Of a stretch of 64,000 bases of DNA, positions 47,223 to 57,415 are shown piece after piece (position 1 is the stretch's first letter; the number at the start of each line of letters is the position of its first letter). The position numbers and the translations under genes are program-made. Source of the stretch: a virus; IMG/VR virus record IMGVR_UViG_3300034092_003233, positions 1 through 64,000 of that record; one strand, 5' to 3'. The notes beneath the pieces were generated by a model. It ran no database searches. It had not been told where the DNA came from and was given only the letters and a program-made list of their open reading frames with translations.

Positions 47223-47895
47223 TTTTAGAAATTGTCAATAAAATTGTATTAGAAATCACGCCATCTAATTCTTTTGATACTTGTTTTACGATTTTACCAA
47301 ATCCAACATCACCGGGTATTGTGACACAATGTGATATTTTATCAATAGTTCTTACCATACCACCTTTAAGAAAGACGAGCAAATCATCATCTTGTTTGTT
47401 GTTGATTGTTTCAATATCATTTATAGTTTGTACTGTTATGGTGGAATTTGCAAATCGATAAGTATTACTTTTATTTAATTCTGGTTCTTTGATCCATAAA
47501 CATCTATCTGTTTTAGACTCTTCCGATGTGTGATCTTCATACGGTTTATGTGAACGGCCATATTGATCTTTTAATCTAACTAAATCTTGTTTATCTTTTG
47601 GTGTTTCGATTTCAAATACCCAAGCACCATTATCGGACAATGCTTTGGTTGAGTGAAACAAACCCCGTCTAATCATAACTTTATCTAATGAATTTATTAC
47701 GCGAGTGTCTGCTAAAAATGATAATTCTGCTTTTCCATCTAATAAAATTAATCCAGTAGTTTTTTTAGGATGACAATGCAAAGAAGTACTTTGATTAGGA
47801 GCAATATACAAAAACCACAGACCAACATCGTTGTTTTCATATACCAAATACTCATACCCCCAAGGTTTTTTAACAATATTGGTATCGTAACTCAT
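47212..47895 (-). CDS. Cupin (sugar isomerase-like)
   Basis: VKKPWGYE, SLHCHPKK, FHS..FEIETP. Confidence 0.75.
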   Translation of the reverse strand: MSYDTNIVKKPWGYEYLVYENNDVGLWFLYIAPNQSTSLHCHPKKTTGLILLDGKAELSFLADTRVINSLDKVMIRRGLFHSTKALSDNGAWVFEIETPKDKQDLVRLKDQYGRSHKPYEDHTSEESKTDRCLWIKEPELNKSNTYRFANSTITVQTINDIETINNKQDDDLLVFLKGGMVRTIDKISHCVTIPGDVGFGKIVKQVSKELDGVISNTILLTISKNEK

Positions 47896-48443
47896 TACTT
47901 CTTGTTTCTTTCATTATGAACCTGATGTCCAATTCGTAACCACTCTCCCATGAAATCATAGTGAGGACACGATACAATGTTACCATCAACTACTACAGAT
48001 TCTCTGCTGTAGGTTGCTCCTGCGTTTTCAATATCAATATCAATTGAATAGTAACCAGAAACAGTTCTACCTTTTAAAATCTTAGCAGAAATTAATAGCT
48101 GTGCGCCATTACACACGGAAAATATTGTTTTGTTTGCTGCATTCCACTCTTGTACAAATTTAAGAACTCCCTTTTCCTGTCTTAACTTCTCCAACGCTTT
48201 AACTCCACCGGGAACTACAAGAAGTTCATAATCATTCAAGTATTTTTGTCGTGTTGTTTCATTTTCAAACAATTTAGTTTCTATATCACAATTCATGTGT
48301 GTACCTAAACTACCCCAAATTTTACCAGTTTTATTAGCCATCAATGTAACATTAAATCCTGCTTCTTTTAAACTGTAAAATGGATAGATTAATTCATGAT
48401 CTTGAAACTTTTCCCAAGTAATAATTAGTGCATTTTTTACCAT
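47895..48443 (-). CDS. DJ-1/PfpI family protein
   Basis: FQDHE, VVPGG, SVCNGAQLL, VVVDGNIVS. Confidence 0.9.
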   Translation of the reverse strand: MVKNALIITWEKFQDHELIYPFYSLKEAGFNVTLMANKTGKIWGSLGTHMNCDIETKLFENETTRQKYLNDYELLVVPGGVKALEKLRQEKGVLKFVQEWNAANKTIFSVCNGAQLLISAKILKGRTVSGYYSIDIDIENAGATYSRESVVVDGNIVSCPHYDFMGEWLRIGHQVHNERNKK

Positions 48444-49387
48444 ATAAAAGTATCCTTATAATATTCAACAATCTTTACTAATTCTTCATCAAACTGCTTA
48501 ACGGGACTCCAACCTAGCGAACGAAGTTTTGTGTCATCAAGAGCATATCGTACATCTTGCCCCTGTCTATTGCAAGACAAATCAACATATTTGTCAAATT
48601 CAGATAAATCTATACCATTAGCAGTCAATATTTTCTGAACAGTTGTAAGATTACTCTGTTCGAATCCTCCGGCAATATTGTAAATCTCATTCTTAACACC
48701 GCTTTCGATTATTGTTATGATTACATTGGCTGTATCTTCTGCATGAAGCCAATTTCGAATAGGTGTACCATTATTATGCAATGGAATTTTTCTTCCTAAC
48801 TTTAGATATTTACATGCTTTTGGTATTAGTTTTTCAACATATTGTCCTATACCATAATTGTTTGTTGGACGAATAATAACATATGGTATCTTATAAGTTC
48901 TAGCCCAAGCCAATACTAACATATCTGCTGCTGCTTTTGAAGCAGAATATGGATTGGATGGTTTTAGTAAATCAGATTCAGTGTGCGCGCCTTCTACAAT
49001 ATCACCATACACTTCATCTGTGCTAAAGTGTAGTAGGGTAGGAATTTTAGTGTTCTCTTGCCTATAGTTTTTTATTAATTCCAAAATGTTATGAACACCG
49101 TTTATGTTACTGGTGATGAAATCGTCACTATTGGCTATGGAATTACCAACATGAGTTTCTGCTGCTGTATTAATAATATAATCGCAATCGTATAAAAACT
49201 TCAAGTCATTAATGTCACAATGCACAAAAGAGAAATTACTATACTGCTTAAATTCTTGCAATAGTTCTTTATTGGCTGCATATGTCATCTTATCTACACC
49301 TTTAACATACCATCCTTTTTTAAGGCATAAACGGGTTACATATGATCCAATAAAACCCAAACAACCAGTAATATACACGACTTTCAT
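48437..49387 (-). CDS. rfbB: dTDP-glucose 4,6-dehydratase
   Basis: TGCLGFIG, DKMTYA, AAETHV, STDEVYG, PYSASKA, NNYG. Confidence 0.9.
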   Translation of the reverse strand: MKVVYITGCLGFIGSYVTRLCLKKGWYVKGVDKMTYAANKELLQEFKQYSNFSFVHCDINDLKFLYDCDYIINTAAETHVGNSIANSDDFITSNINGVHNILELIKNYRQENTKIPTLLHFSTDEVYGDIVEGAHTESDLLKPSNPYSASKAAADMLVLAWARTYKIPYVIIRPTNNYGIGQYVEKLIPKACKYLKLGRKIPLHNNGTPIRNWLHAEDTANVIITIIESGVKNEIYNIAGGFEQSNLTTVQKILTANGIDLSEFDKYVDLSCNRQGQDVRYALDDTKLRSLGWSPVKQFDEELVKIVEYYKDTFIW

Positions 49388-50238
49388 TATTGACTTTCCT
49401 TTTTATAGAAGTTCACTAACATTTCAATTGTAGTATCAATATTAAGTTTTTGCTTGAAGCCATAAGATACCAACTTTGCAGTGTCAAGATACGAATGTCG
49501 TACCTGAACAATATCATGAAAAGTTGTTGGTTCGATGTGTATTATTTTTGATGTCGAACCAGAATACTCAATGGCTTTGTTTATCATATCCAAAAATTTG
49601 TATGGTTTACCACTTCCAATATTTATTATTTGATTTGGTGGTGATTTATCAATACACAATTTAATAGCAGAGCAAACATCCTCCACATGAATATAATCTC
49701 GCAAAACTTCTCCACCATAGTAAAGAGGAACATCTCTATTATTAACAATTTCTCTGATTAAAAATTGAAGAGCATTTTTCTTCTTGGAGATCTTCTTATC
49801 TCCTTCTCCTATAACATTGGCTAATCTCAGTATTCTGTACTTTATATTATGAGTTTGACAGAAAGAAATTAATAATTGCTCGGCACAATATTTTGTAATG
49901 GAATAGAATCCAGAGGGATTACATTTAGAATAATCTTCTCGGAATGGCATTTCATAGTTCTTACCGTAAACAAACCAAGAACTTATGAAATTAAAAGTAG
50001 TATCACTGTTTTTTGGCAGAGTTTCTAATACATTCATAAGAACTGTTAGATTGGTATCAATATCAATGTGAAGATCAGTATGCACATTGTAATTGTCTAC
50101 CGTACTTATAAAGTACAAAACATTATTTGTTTTTGTTTTATAATCATTTCTGTCTATTCGCACAACAGAATCTGAATATAGTTCACAAAATTTAGATCCT
50201 ATGAATCCCGTAGAACCAAAAACAGATATATCATTCAT
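49387..50238 (-). CDS. NAD-dependent epimerase/dehydratase
   Basis: GSTGFIG, YSITK, RDYIHVED. Confidence 0.88.
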   Translation of the reverse strand: MNDISVFGSTGFIGSKFCELYSDSVVRIDRNDYKTKTNNVLYFISTVDNYNVHTDLHIDIDTNLTVLMNVLETLPKNSDTTFNFISSWFVYGKNYEMPFREDYSKCNPSGFYSITKYCAEQLLISFCQTHNIKYRILRLANVIGEGDKKISKKKNALQFLIREIVNNRDVPLYYGGEVLRDYIHVEDVCSAIKLCIDKSPPNQIINIGSGKPYKFLDMINKAIEYSGSTSKIIHIEPTTFHDIVQVRHSYLDTAKLVSYGFKQKLNIDTTIEMLVNFYKKESQ

Positions 50239-51007
50239 CTAATATAACCTTTTCAAATTTTGCTATATTGTGCTTATTGTTTTTAATAAACATTTCATAT
50301 GGATACTGCTGAATATCTGAAACTATTTTCTTAATTGGAAACGGACACATAAGAGTAGGATATCCGTCAATATCATTTTTTTCATACAACAATTCTATTA
50401 ATTTTCTATTGAAAAGAGGCTTATTATCTTCGTGTGTTTCTATTTTTTCATTTTTTAAATTATATGCAGCAATATTATAGATTCCACCGACCATCAATTT
50501 TGGTATAGAATAACCAATCTTAGTCATATGTCTCCAATGCATATCTGCATCCTCTTCACCAAATCCACAAAGTCGTTCATCAAAATAACCAATTTTATGC
50601 AAAACAGACTTGGTACACACAAAATGGGAAAACCCATGATTGATGGTAAAAAATTCTTGTTTAGTAGTGTTGATGTGATTTACAATTTCATTGTATATGT
50701 TAGGATTTGCCCATGCAACATCATCACATACGATAAAATTATATTCGGTTTTACTAAAAATAACCAAATTGTTCCAAAGTTTGCTTAGTCCTTTAAACTC
50801 TGGACAAAATATAGGATAAATGTTTTTATATTGTTTTGCCAAATCTAACATTTCAACTCTGTAACTATCTGGCATTTCTTCTTCATTATTACCATTTATA
50901 GCCAATAAAATATCAACAGTTTCTGGAACTGTTAATCGGATTCTTCGAATTAATTCTGATACTAATTCTTTTCTTTGTCTAAATGTAACTATTCCTATAC
51001 TGAACAT
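50231..51007 (-). CDS. GT2-like glycosyltransferase
   Basis: CDDV, GYFDERLCGFGEEDAD. Confidence 0.8.
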   Translation of the reverse strand: MFSIGIVTFRQRKELVSELIRRIRLTVPETVDILLAINGNNEEEMPDSYRVEMLDLAKQYKNIYPIFCPEFKGLSKLWNNLVIFSKTEYNFIVCDDVAWANPNIYNEIVNHINTTKQEFFTINHGFSHFVCTKSVLHKIGYFDERLCGFGEEDADMHWRHMTKIGYSIPKLMVGGIYNIAAYNLKNEKIETHEDNKPLFNRKLIELLYEKNDIDGYPTLMCPFPIKKIVSDIQQYPYEMFIKNNKHNIAKFEKVILDE

Positions 51008-51017
51008 ATATCACTCC

Positions 51018-51710
51018 TCAAAGATATTTACTAAAATGATTATTTAAAATTTTAACTCTATTGTTATTAGACACACCAGTAAGATGTGCTAGAAAACATT
51101 TTTCATTCCAAGGAGCATAAAGATTTCGGCGATCAGTCCAACAAGTCGTATCCATGATTTGTGCTGGAACAGAATTTAGAAAATTATGTTCCAATATTTT
51201 TATTACACTATTTGGAGAAGAACCACGATGTATGGCATTCAATGCATCTTGTTCGGTTGGAAATCGTTTTGCAGAATTATAAAATACACTCAAAAATGCA
51301 TCTGTGTGCTGCGTCCGTTGTATGATAAAGTTTCCAGTACTAAATGACCACTTACCAATCCAATCATATGAAGCATAGAATGTATTATATTCATCCAATT
51401 GGAATGTTTCTATAGAATAAGTATCATCAGTTATAATAGAATCTGCATCGATCCACATAACTATATCATAATATTCCAACATTTCAAATGTACGAACTGC
51501 GCGCAAAAATCCAAGATCGACATCCTTGAACCCATATTTTTTATCGGTTCCAAAAGTTCGCAGAGTCATCAAATCGTAACCATGTTTCTTTGCGTAGCGT
51601 TGTTTAGATGGTAAAGTTAATTCAAAAACTTCACTCATAGTGTTATCTGTTTCTTCTGGATGCCGAATAATTTCCGATGAACCAGTTAATATCAATACTC
51701 GTTTATTCAT
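51018..51710 (-). CDS. GT34 (GMA12/MNN10-like) glycosyltransferase
   Basis: YAKKHGYD, WIDADS, TGNF, EQDAL, FLAH. Confidence 0.82.
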   Translation of the reverse strand: MNKRVLILTGSSEIIRHPEETDNTMSEVFELTLPSKQRYAKKHGYDLMTLRTFGTDKKYGFKDVDLGFLRAVRTFEMLEYYDIVMWIDADSIITDDTYSIETFQLDEYNTFYASYDWIGKWSFSTGNFIIQRTQHTDAFLSVFYNSAKRFPTEQDALNAIHRGSSPNSVIKILEHNFLNSVPAQIMDTTCWTDRRNLYAPWNEKCFLAHLTGVSNNNRVKILNNHFSKYL

Positions 51711-51711
51711 A

Positions 51712-53022
51712 TTATATTCCTGCAAAAAAGTTTGTAGTAATTTGTTCAATATAGTCTAACTGTTCATCAGTAATTACTGGACTAGTTCCCAAAAAGAAAG
51801 TATCAGTTGTAACTTTTCTTGCATTTGGAAAATTCTTGATTACATCATCCTGATTCATAATACCAGCATAAGCAGGTTGTAACATGACATTACCGGCAAA
51901 GTATGGTCTAGTTTGAATCTTATTATCTTCAAAGTAATTTACAATATCCTTACGCTTAAATGGCGCACCATCCTTGATGGTCAAAGCAAAGGCAAACCAA
52001 CTTGGATTTGCATGTTCTGTTGCTTTTGGAAGAACAAAGAACTCTTCATACTTAGCAAAGATATCACTTAGTCTCTTGTGATTATGATTTCTCTTTTGTG
52101 TGATTGTTGGTAACTTCTTTAATTGAGCAAGACCCATAGCAGCCTGTAATTCAATTGGCTTTAGATTAAATCCAATCTCATCATAGACATACTTGTGATC
52201 AAATACTTCATCAGGCAAAGAAGGAAGCCAATTAGAGAATCGTGTCTTACACATACCATTCTTTAACATATTGGCTTTCTTACCAACACAATAACAACCT
52301 CTTCCCCACTCACGGAAACTTCGAACTACGATCTCTTGCTGTTGTGTATTACAAGCAACGAATCCACCCTCACCCATAGTAATATGATGGGCTGGATAGA
52401 AAGAACAACTTGCAAAGTCACCAAAAGATCCTAGTGGTTTACCGTTATAAGTAGAATCTAATGCATCACAGCAATCCTCAAGGAATACTAAACCATACTG
52501 ATTGACAATATCCATGAGTCTATTCATGTTTGGTGGATTACCCAAGACATGAGCAAAAGTAATTATCTTGCAACCTTCTTTTGCTTTTTGCTCTACTTGA
52601 TCTAAATTAAGATTGAGAGTGTCGATATCAATATCAACAAACTCAGGAACAAATCCTACTTGGAAAATAGGATTGATTGTGGTGGGAAATCCAGCAATAG
52701 GAGTTATTACCTTTGTTCCCTTTTGGAAGTTTGTCAGTCTCTTGGATGTAAGAGCAGACATCATAAGCAGATTAGAACTGCTTCCGCTATTAGTCAGAAT
52801 ACCAAAATCCTTCCCAACATATTTTGGGAATTGATGTTCAAAACGAATACCGTTTTCTCCCAATACAAGCCATCCATTTAGCAAGGCTCGTATTGCTTCA
52901 ACATATTCTTCTGTACCAAAGTAAGGACCAGCATACTGAACAACATCTTGTCCAGCGATCCACTTCTTTGATTCGTTCTTTTTTGTTATGAATTCTTCTA
53001 CTGCTTTTAAAATTTCTTCCAT
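51712..53022 (-). CDS. rfbH: NDP-4-keto-6-deoxyglucose 3-dehydratase (RfbH/DdhC E1)
   Basis: NSGSSSNL, EDCCDAL, SFYPAHHITMGEGG (His replacing Schiff-base Lys), WGRGCYC, YVYDEIGFNLK. Confidence 0.92.
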   Translation of the reverse strand: MEEILKAVEEFITKKNESKKWIAGQDVVQYAGPYFGTEEYVEAIRALLNGWLVLGENGIRFEHQFPKYVGKDFGILTNSGSSSNLLMMSALTSKRLTNFQKGTKVITPIAGFPTTINPIFQVGFVPEFVDIDIDTLNLNLDQVEQKAKEGCKIITFAHVLGNPPNMNRLMDIVNQYGLVFLEDCCDALDSTYNGKPLGSFGDFASCSFYPAHHITMGEGGFVACNTQQQEIVVRSFREWGRGCYCVGKKANMLKNGMCKTRFSNWLPSLPDEVFDHKYVYDEIGFNLKPIELQAAMGLAQLKKLPTITQKRNHNHKRLSDIFAKYEEFFVLPKATEHANPSWFAFALTIKDGAPFKRKDIVNYFEDNKIQTRPYFAGNVMLQPAYAGIMNQDDVIKNFPNARKVTTDTFFLGTSPVITDEQLDYIEQITTNFFAGI

Positions 53023-53024
53023 AA

Positions 53025-53861
53025 TTAATGAATACCCATTCCCCAATCATTCAAGTTTGGAATGTTATATTTTTGAACATTTTCTTTTATAGATTTATAC
53101 TTAAAACTCTCTTCTACATTATGATTTTCATAAACATTATATGGAACTTTCAATGGAAAATCAAACAATTTAACATCCCAATTAAAATTATTTACAGAAT
53201 AATCGTATTCTTTTGCCTGTATAGTTTTAACTCCAAACTTAAGTTGAGCAACATAATCAGTGACTTTCCAATAGTATTGTTTAACTGCAACTGTTTTTTT
53301 GTCTAACCATTGTATGTGTGCAACAAATAACATTGGCTGGTTTATTTTAATGGCTTTTCCGGGATGTGGTAAATGTTCGGAATGTCGTTGTGCATCTTTG
53401 AATGCGGTTCTAGAAGAATAAGAACCAATTCTATCGGCTATATGATCTCTCCACTTTCCATCTACTCGTATCTTATTGTAATCTGTATACTGTATCCAAT
53501 CCATATAAATTAAAGTATCTTTATATGTTTCTAAAATTTGTTCTAATTGTTCTTTAGTCAGATTACCATCAAGATATTCATCTGTATCTAAGCAAATAAT
53601 TTTACCAGAGTGTTTAAATGCTTCATCATATAATAGTTGCCTATTATTAGATTCTATGGCACATTTATTTTCTATATGTGTATCTGTTCGTAAGACATTC
53701 AAAATATTGAATTTATCTTTATTTTCTAACAAATATTCATATGTGCCATCAGTTGAACTGTCATCCATGAAAATAAAAGCATCGGCATATTTTTTCCAAT
53801 GAGGAAGCATTTCCTTTAAGATAAACAATTCATTTTTCGTAAGTGTGATTTGTATTATCAT
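53025..53861 (-). CDS. GT2-like glycosyltransferase
   Basis: KNE, DDSSTDGT, LDTDE. Confidence 0.82.
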   Translation of the reverse strand: MIIQITLTKNELFILKEMLPHWKKYADAFIFMDDSSTDGTYEYLLENKDKFNILNVLRTDTHIENKCAIESNNRQLLYDEAFKHSGKIICLDTDEYLDGNLTKEQLEQILETYKDTLIYMDWIQYTDYNKIRVDGKWRDHIADRIGSYSSRTAFKDAQRHSEHLPHPGKAIKINQPMLFVAHIQWLDKKTVAVKQYYWKVTDYVAQLKFGVKTIQAKEYDYSVNNFNWDVKLFDFPLKVPYNVYENHNVEESFKYKSIKENVQKYNIPNLNDWGMGIH

Positions 53862-54562
53862 TTTTGTGTTATTATTGGAAATCCAGAAGACTTTCGATTC
53901 ATATACATCTGTTTGTCATAATTAGAACCTATTTGCATATTTCTTGCCATTAAACTATCTTGATTTTCAAACCACTTGTGAATAATTGGTCTTCTCTTTA
54001 TGTGCTTCAGAACTCCTAGTGATTCAAAAACTTCAGTCTGTTCGTTATCACACCATTCTGATTTGTAGTCTGGATGATACACATATCCAAATAAATTATA
54101 CAATGTCCTTCCAATAATAGGAAGAGTAATTAAAGTTTTATATCCTTCTGGACCTTTAGGATCAAGCCGAGGATCTGTGTCGTAATTTAAACTACCTTTT
54201 AAGTCGGGAAAAAAAGAAAACATATCATTGACAATGATATCATCCCAATTGGTTTCAACTGGTTCCATGTCATCTGCCGTAGAAATCAAAATATCCCAAG
54301 AACTATCGGGAATATCTCTATTTATGGCATGGATCTTTCCTTTACTTTCACCATAAAAATAAATAACAGTTACATTGTTTGTATTTTTAGATTCTAGGAA
54401 TTGACGAATATGTTCATTGTTCAATAGCACATCATCAGTATCCATGCTAATGATTACTGTTATTTTATGTTTACCAGAAGCCTTATTTAAATAAGAATTC
54501 AAATTTGACATAAATTTTTCAGGTCGTTGTCTTGTCGGGTATTTTAATAAAATGTGTTTCAT
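53858..54562 (-). CDS. GT-A fold glycosyltransferase
   Basis: YPTRQRP, GKIHAIN, ADDM, YHPDYKSEWCDNE. Confidence 0.78.
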   Translation of the reverse strand: MKHILLKYPTRQRPEKFMSNLNSYLNKASGKHKITVIISMDTDDVLLNNEHIRQFLESKNTNNVTVIYFYGESKGKIHAINRDIPDSSWDILISTADDMEPVETNWDDIIVNDMFSFFPDLKGSLNYDTDPRLDPKGPEGYKTLITLPIIGRTLYNLFGYVYHPDYKSEWCDNEQTEVFESLGVLKHIKRRPIIHKWFENQDSLMARNMQIGSNYDKQMYMNRKSSGFPIITQK

Positions 54563-54572
54563 AGTAAAAATC

Positions 54573-55241
54573 TCACAATACAAAAATCATATTTTCCCAT
54601 CTATTTTCTATTAATCTATAACCTAATTTTGTGAATTTATCAAATAATAGATGATGCATGTTATCATTCTCTACGCAGATTATTTTGCAGTTATAGTCTC
54701 TTGGATTAAACCAATCCTGAAGTGTCAATTTTGCAGAATATCCTTCTACATCTATATTGATAAAATCAAATGTAGGACCAAATTTATTAAGAAGTTCTTT
54801 CATTCCTATATGCCCAATATAAACCTTTCTTGGATTTACTGGATCACCTTCTGAGTTAAATTCTTTATTGTTTTCAATTCCTCTCTGTGTCCAACTCTGA
54901 ATAGTAGAAGAAACAGAACTCATAGGAGAATCATAAAATTCCAACATTCTTTGATCTGTTAATTCTTCTTCTAATACTACGGCTAGATTAACTAATTCTG
55001 CTCTCCTCGGTATCATCTTATACATATCACATAATTTGTAAAAACAATAAGAAGAAGGTTCTACAAATACTCCACTCCAATTATTAAATTGTAACATAAT
55101 TTGGCGAACATTACTAAATGTTTCTCCATCATACGCGCCAATATCTAACAATTTTCCAGAAGTCATATTATTATCTAAAATGTATTTTATAATTACATCT
55201 TGTTCATTATTTTGTGAATAATTTTTAATCATATAAGTCAT
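54573..55241 (-). CDS. FkbM-family O-methyltransferase
   Basis: YSQNNE, DIGAYDG, VEP, IDVEG. Confidence 0.85.
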   Translation of the reverse strand: MTYMIKNYSQNNEQDVIIKYILDNNMTSGKLLDIGAYDGETFSNVRQIMLQFNNWSGVFVEPSSYCFYKLCDMYKMIPRRAELVNLAVVLEEELTDQRMLEFYDSPMSSVSSTIQSWTQRGIENNKEFNSEGDPVNPRKVYIGHIGMKELLNKFGPTFDFINIDVEGYSAKLTLQDWFNPRDYNCKIICVENDNMHHLLFDKFTKLGYRLIENRWENMIFVL

Positions 55242-55249
55242 CTTTCATT

Positions 55250-55963
55250 TCATTTCATTTCATGACTATCCACCAGATTACGATCTGGCAAATAACCATC
55301 AAATTCATAAATATCGTTTTTGGCATTTACATGTATCTGCTGTCCGACAAAATAAACACCACCATTATTAACTCCACGATGAGTTCCGGGTGGAAATGGT
55401 TTTTTAGAAAAAAATGGATCATGTTCAATATAAGTTAATTTATCATTTTTTATTTTATGAGTTAAATATGCAGACATAAAATTCTGGTCTTGTGTTTTTT
55501 CTAAAGATGGATTATATCGTTTAATTGCATTAAACATTTCACCTTTAAATTTATCACATTTAAGCCCAAACATTCCTGCTTGTATAAACCAAGCATGGTA
55601 TGGATGATCTCGCATTATATGAATATCTGCGTCAGATGCAATCCAATCATCTACTGCTAATTTTTCTCTAAAAGAAACTCTAGAGTCAGCATCTCTAAAA
55701 ATTGCTCGCTGCACATCTATAAAGTCAACAGCCAAAAATCTATTCATTGCTGATCTATTATCACCAATAGATTCTATCTGTTTCACATTAGTATTTTTTC
55801 TGCTTTTAAGTTCTTCTATTACTTCAGCGGGAACACAAGAATTACAGAAATAATAACATATCCATCCCGGATATACATCTAATGCCAAATCTGCATTATT
55901 TATTGCTCCTCTTGTATAGAGAGGATTGTTGCCCCATAAACTAAAAGAAATCACATTTTTCAT
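55250..55963 (-). CDS. Putative glycosyltransferase
   Basis: VISFSLWG, FRDADSR, IMRDHPYH, DQNF. Confidence 0.7.
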   Translation of the reverse strand: MKNVISFSLWGNNPLYTRGAINNADLALDVYPGWICYYFCNSCVPAEVIEELKSRKNTNVKQIESIGDNRSAMNRFLAVDFIDVQRAIFRDADSRVSFREKLAVDDWIASDADIHIMRDHPYHAWFIQAGMFGLKCDKFKGEMFNAIKRYNPSLEKTQDQNFMSAYLTHKIKNDKLTYIEHDPFFSKKPFPPGTHRGVNNGGVYFVGQQIHVNAKNDIYEFDGYLPDRNLVDSHEMK

Positions 55964-55965
55964 TT

Positions 55966-56568
55966 TTATTTTTTCATAAATTGTATCGATTCAGATGTTC
56001 TGTCATCATATCGATACAAGTGTAGTATTTTATTTATGTGTGTTTCTGATTTTACTTTAGGATACATCAACAGACACCAAGCAAAATCTTCACCATAAGA
56101 AGATGCTTCAAGTTTTGCTTGTTTTGCTATATCTGATTTCCAAAAACACATATGAAAAGGTGGTCGTTTTACATGAGTCATTCCCGGAACATATCTTTCG
56201 TTTGGATTGCTCATGTTAAAATTAACTATAAATTGATTGCCGTTTACTATGCAATGTTGATCAAAACTTATAACATCGGCTGGCTTTTCTTTTATATTAT
56301 TGATAATAGTTGACATGTAATCATCAGTAATATCATCGTCATCATCCATAAAAGCAATCCATTTGCCTCTAGCAGAGTCTAATAGTGATTGTCTTTTTTC
56401 ACCAATAGTCATACTTTTATTATCAATAAGACAAAGAATTTCAACCTCTGGATAGTTTTTTGTTTGCTCTAACATTTTATTGTATAGAGGTATTAGATAT
56501 TTTTCAATTCTAGATGGTATTGAAAGTATAAGTATACTAACCAAAACGCTGTCTTTATTAGTTGGCAT
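55966..56568 (-). CDS. GT2 glycosyltransferase
   Basis: VSILI, IGEKRQ, ARGKWIAFMDDDD, GEDFAW. Confidence 0.85.
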   Translation of the reverse strand: MPTNKDSVLVSILILSIPSRIEKYLIPLYNKMLEQTKNYPEVEILCLIDNKSMTIGEKRQSLLDSARGKWIAFMDDDDDITDDYMSTIINNIKEKPADVISFDQHCIVNGNQFIVNFNMSNPNERYVPGMTHVKRPPFHMCFWKSDIAKQAKLEASSYGEDFAWCLLMYPKVKSETHINKILHLYRYDDRTSESIQFMKK

Positions 56569-57415
56569 ATTTTATTTCTCCTGCTGCTTTAATAATTCTA
56601 TCTACAAAATTTACACAATATTGTTTTGCCTTTTCAAAATTGTAATTAACTTTTTCCAAATTTTCTTGGTAATAATTTTCACTGTATTGAGTTGTTAATA
56701 TCCGCTGTGGATTGATCCAGTAACTAGTATCAAAGAAGTCAGAAATATTTGGACATCCCCAATAAATTGGAATGGTCTTTGTTATTAGACAATCTATAAG
56801 TTTCTCAGAAAAATAATTTGGCTCACTAGAACTTTCAACCACTACCGAATACATTGAATTAAACAAATGGATTTTGTTGTCATTGGGCAATAATTGTTCA
56901 CCCGGAATTGGAAATCTAGTTGATGAATAGAAGTTCAATTTTGCTGGAATATTCTTACGATGATTCCATATTGTATGTCTAACGCTATAACCCAGTTTAC
57001 CAGATAGTGCGCCACAAATCATACTAACAGAATTTTCTTTTGGAAGATCACCAAGTTCTTCTGTAAAGGTTCCAAGAGAATCTGGATGGTGGTTGGATTT
57101 GTTCAACCAAGTAGTTCCATATGCAAGAAACACTGCATTAGGGCAGTTTTCTAGAATTTTTGGATTAGATGTTACTATTTTTGTATAGTGATGCTGATTT
57201 GCAATCACATGATCGGCTTGTTCAACCCATGCTGATGTGCTAGGCTCATTAACATTTACAAAAATCTTATGTTTTGCATCAGAATAAAAAACAACATCTC
57301 CACCGGGTCTAGAGTTTTTACCAAACCTAGTAAAGTGAATTTCACATGATTCTTTTAAGTCTGGTATTTGATTAGGAGCAAAAAGATAATCTGCATTAAT
57401 TATTAATGGCTTCAT
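56558..57415 (-). CDS. GT10-like (fucosyltransferase) glycosyltransferase
   Basis: YSVVVES..YFSEKLIDC..TIPIYWG. Confidence 0.82.
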   Translation of the reverse strand: MKPLIINADYLFAPNQIPDLKESCEIHFTRFGKNSRPGGDVVFYSDAKHKIFVNVNEPSTSAWVEQADHVIANQHHYTKIVTSNPKILENCPNAVFLAYGTTWLNKSNHHPDSLGTFTEELGDLPKENSVSMICGALSGKLGYSVRHTIWNHRKNIPAKLNFYSSTRFPIPGEQLLPNDNKIHLFNSMYSVVVESSSEPNYFSEKLIDCLITKTIPIYWGCPNISDFFDTSYWINPQRILTTQYSENYYQENLEKVNYNFEKAKQYCVNFVDRIIKAAGEIKYAN

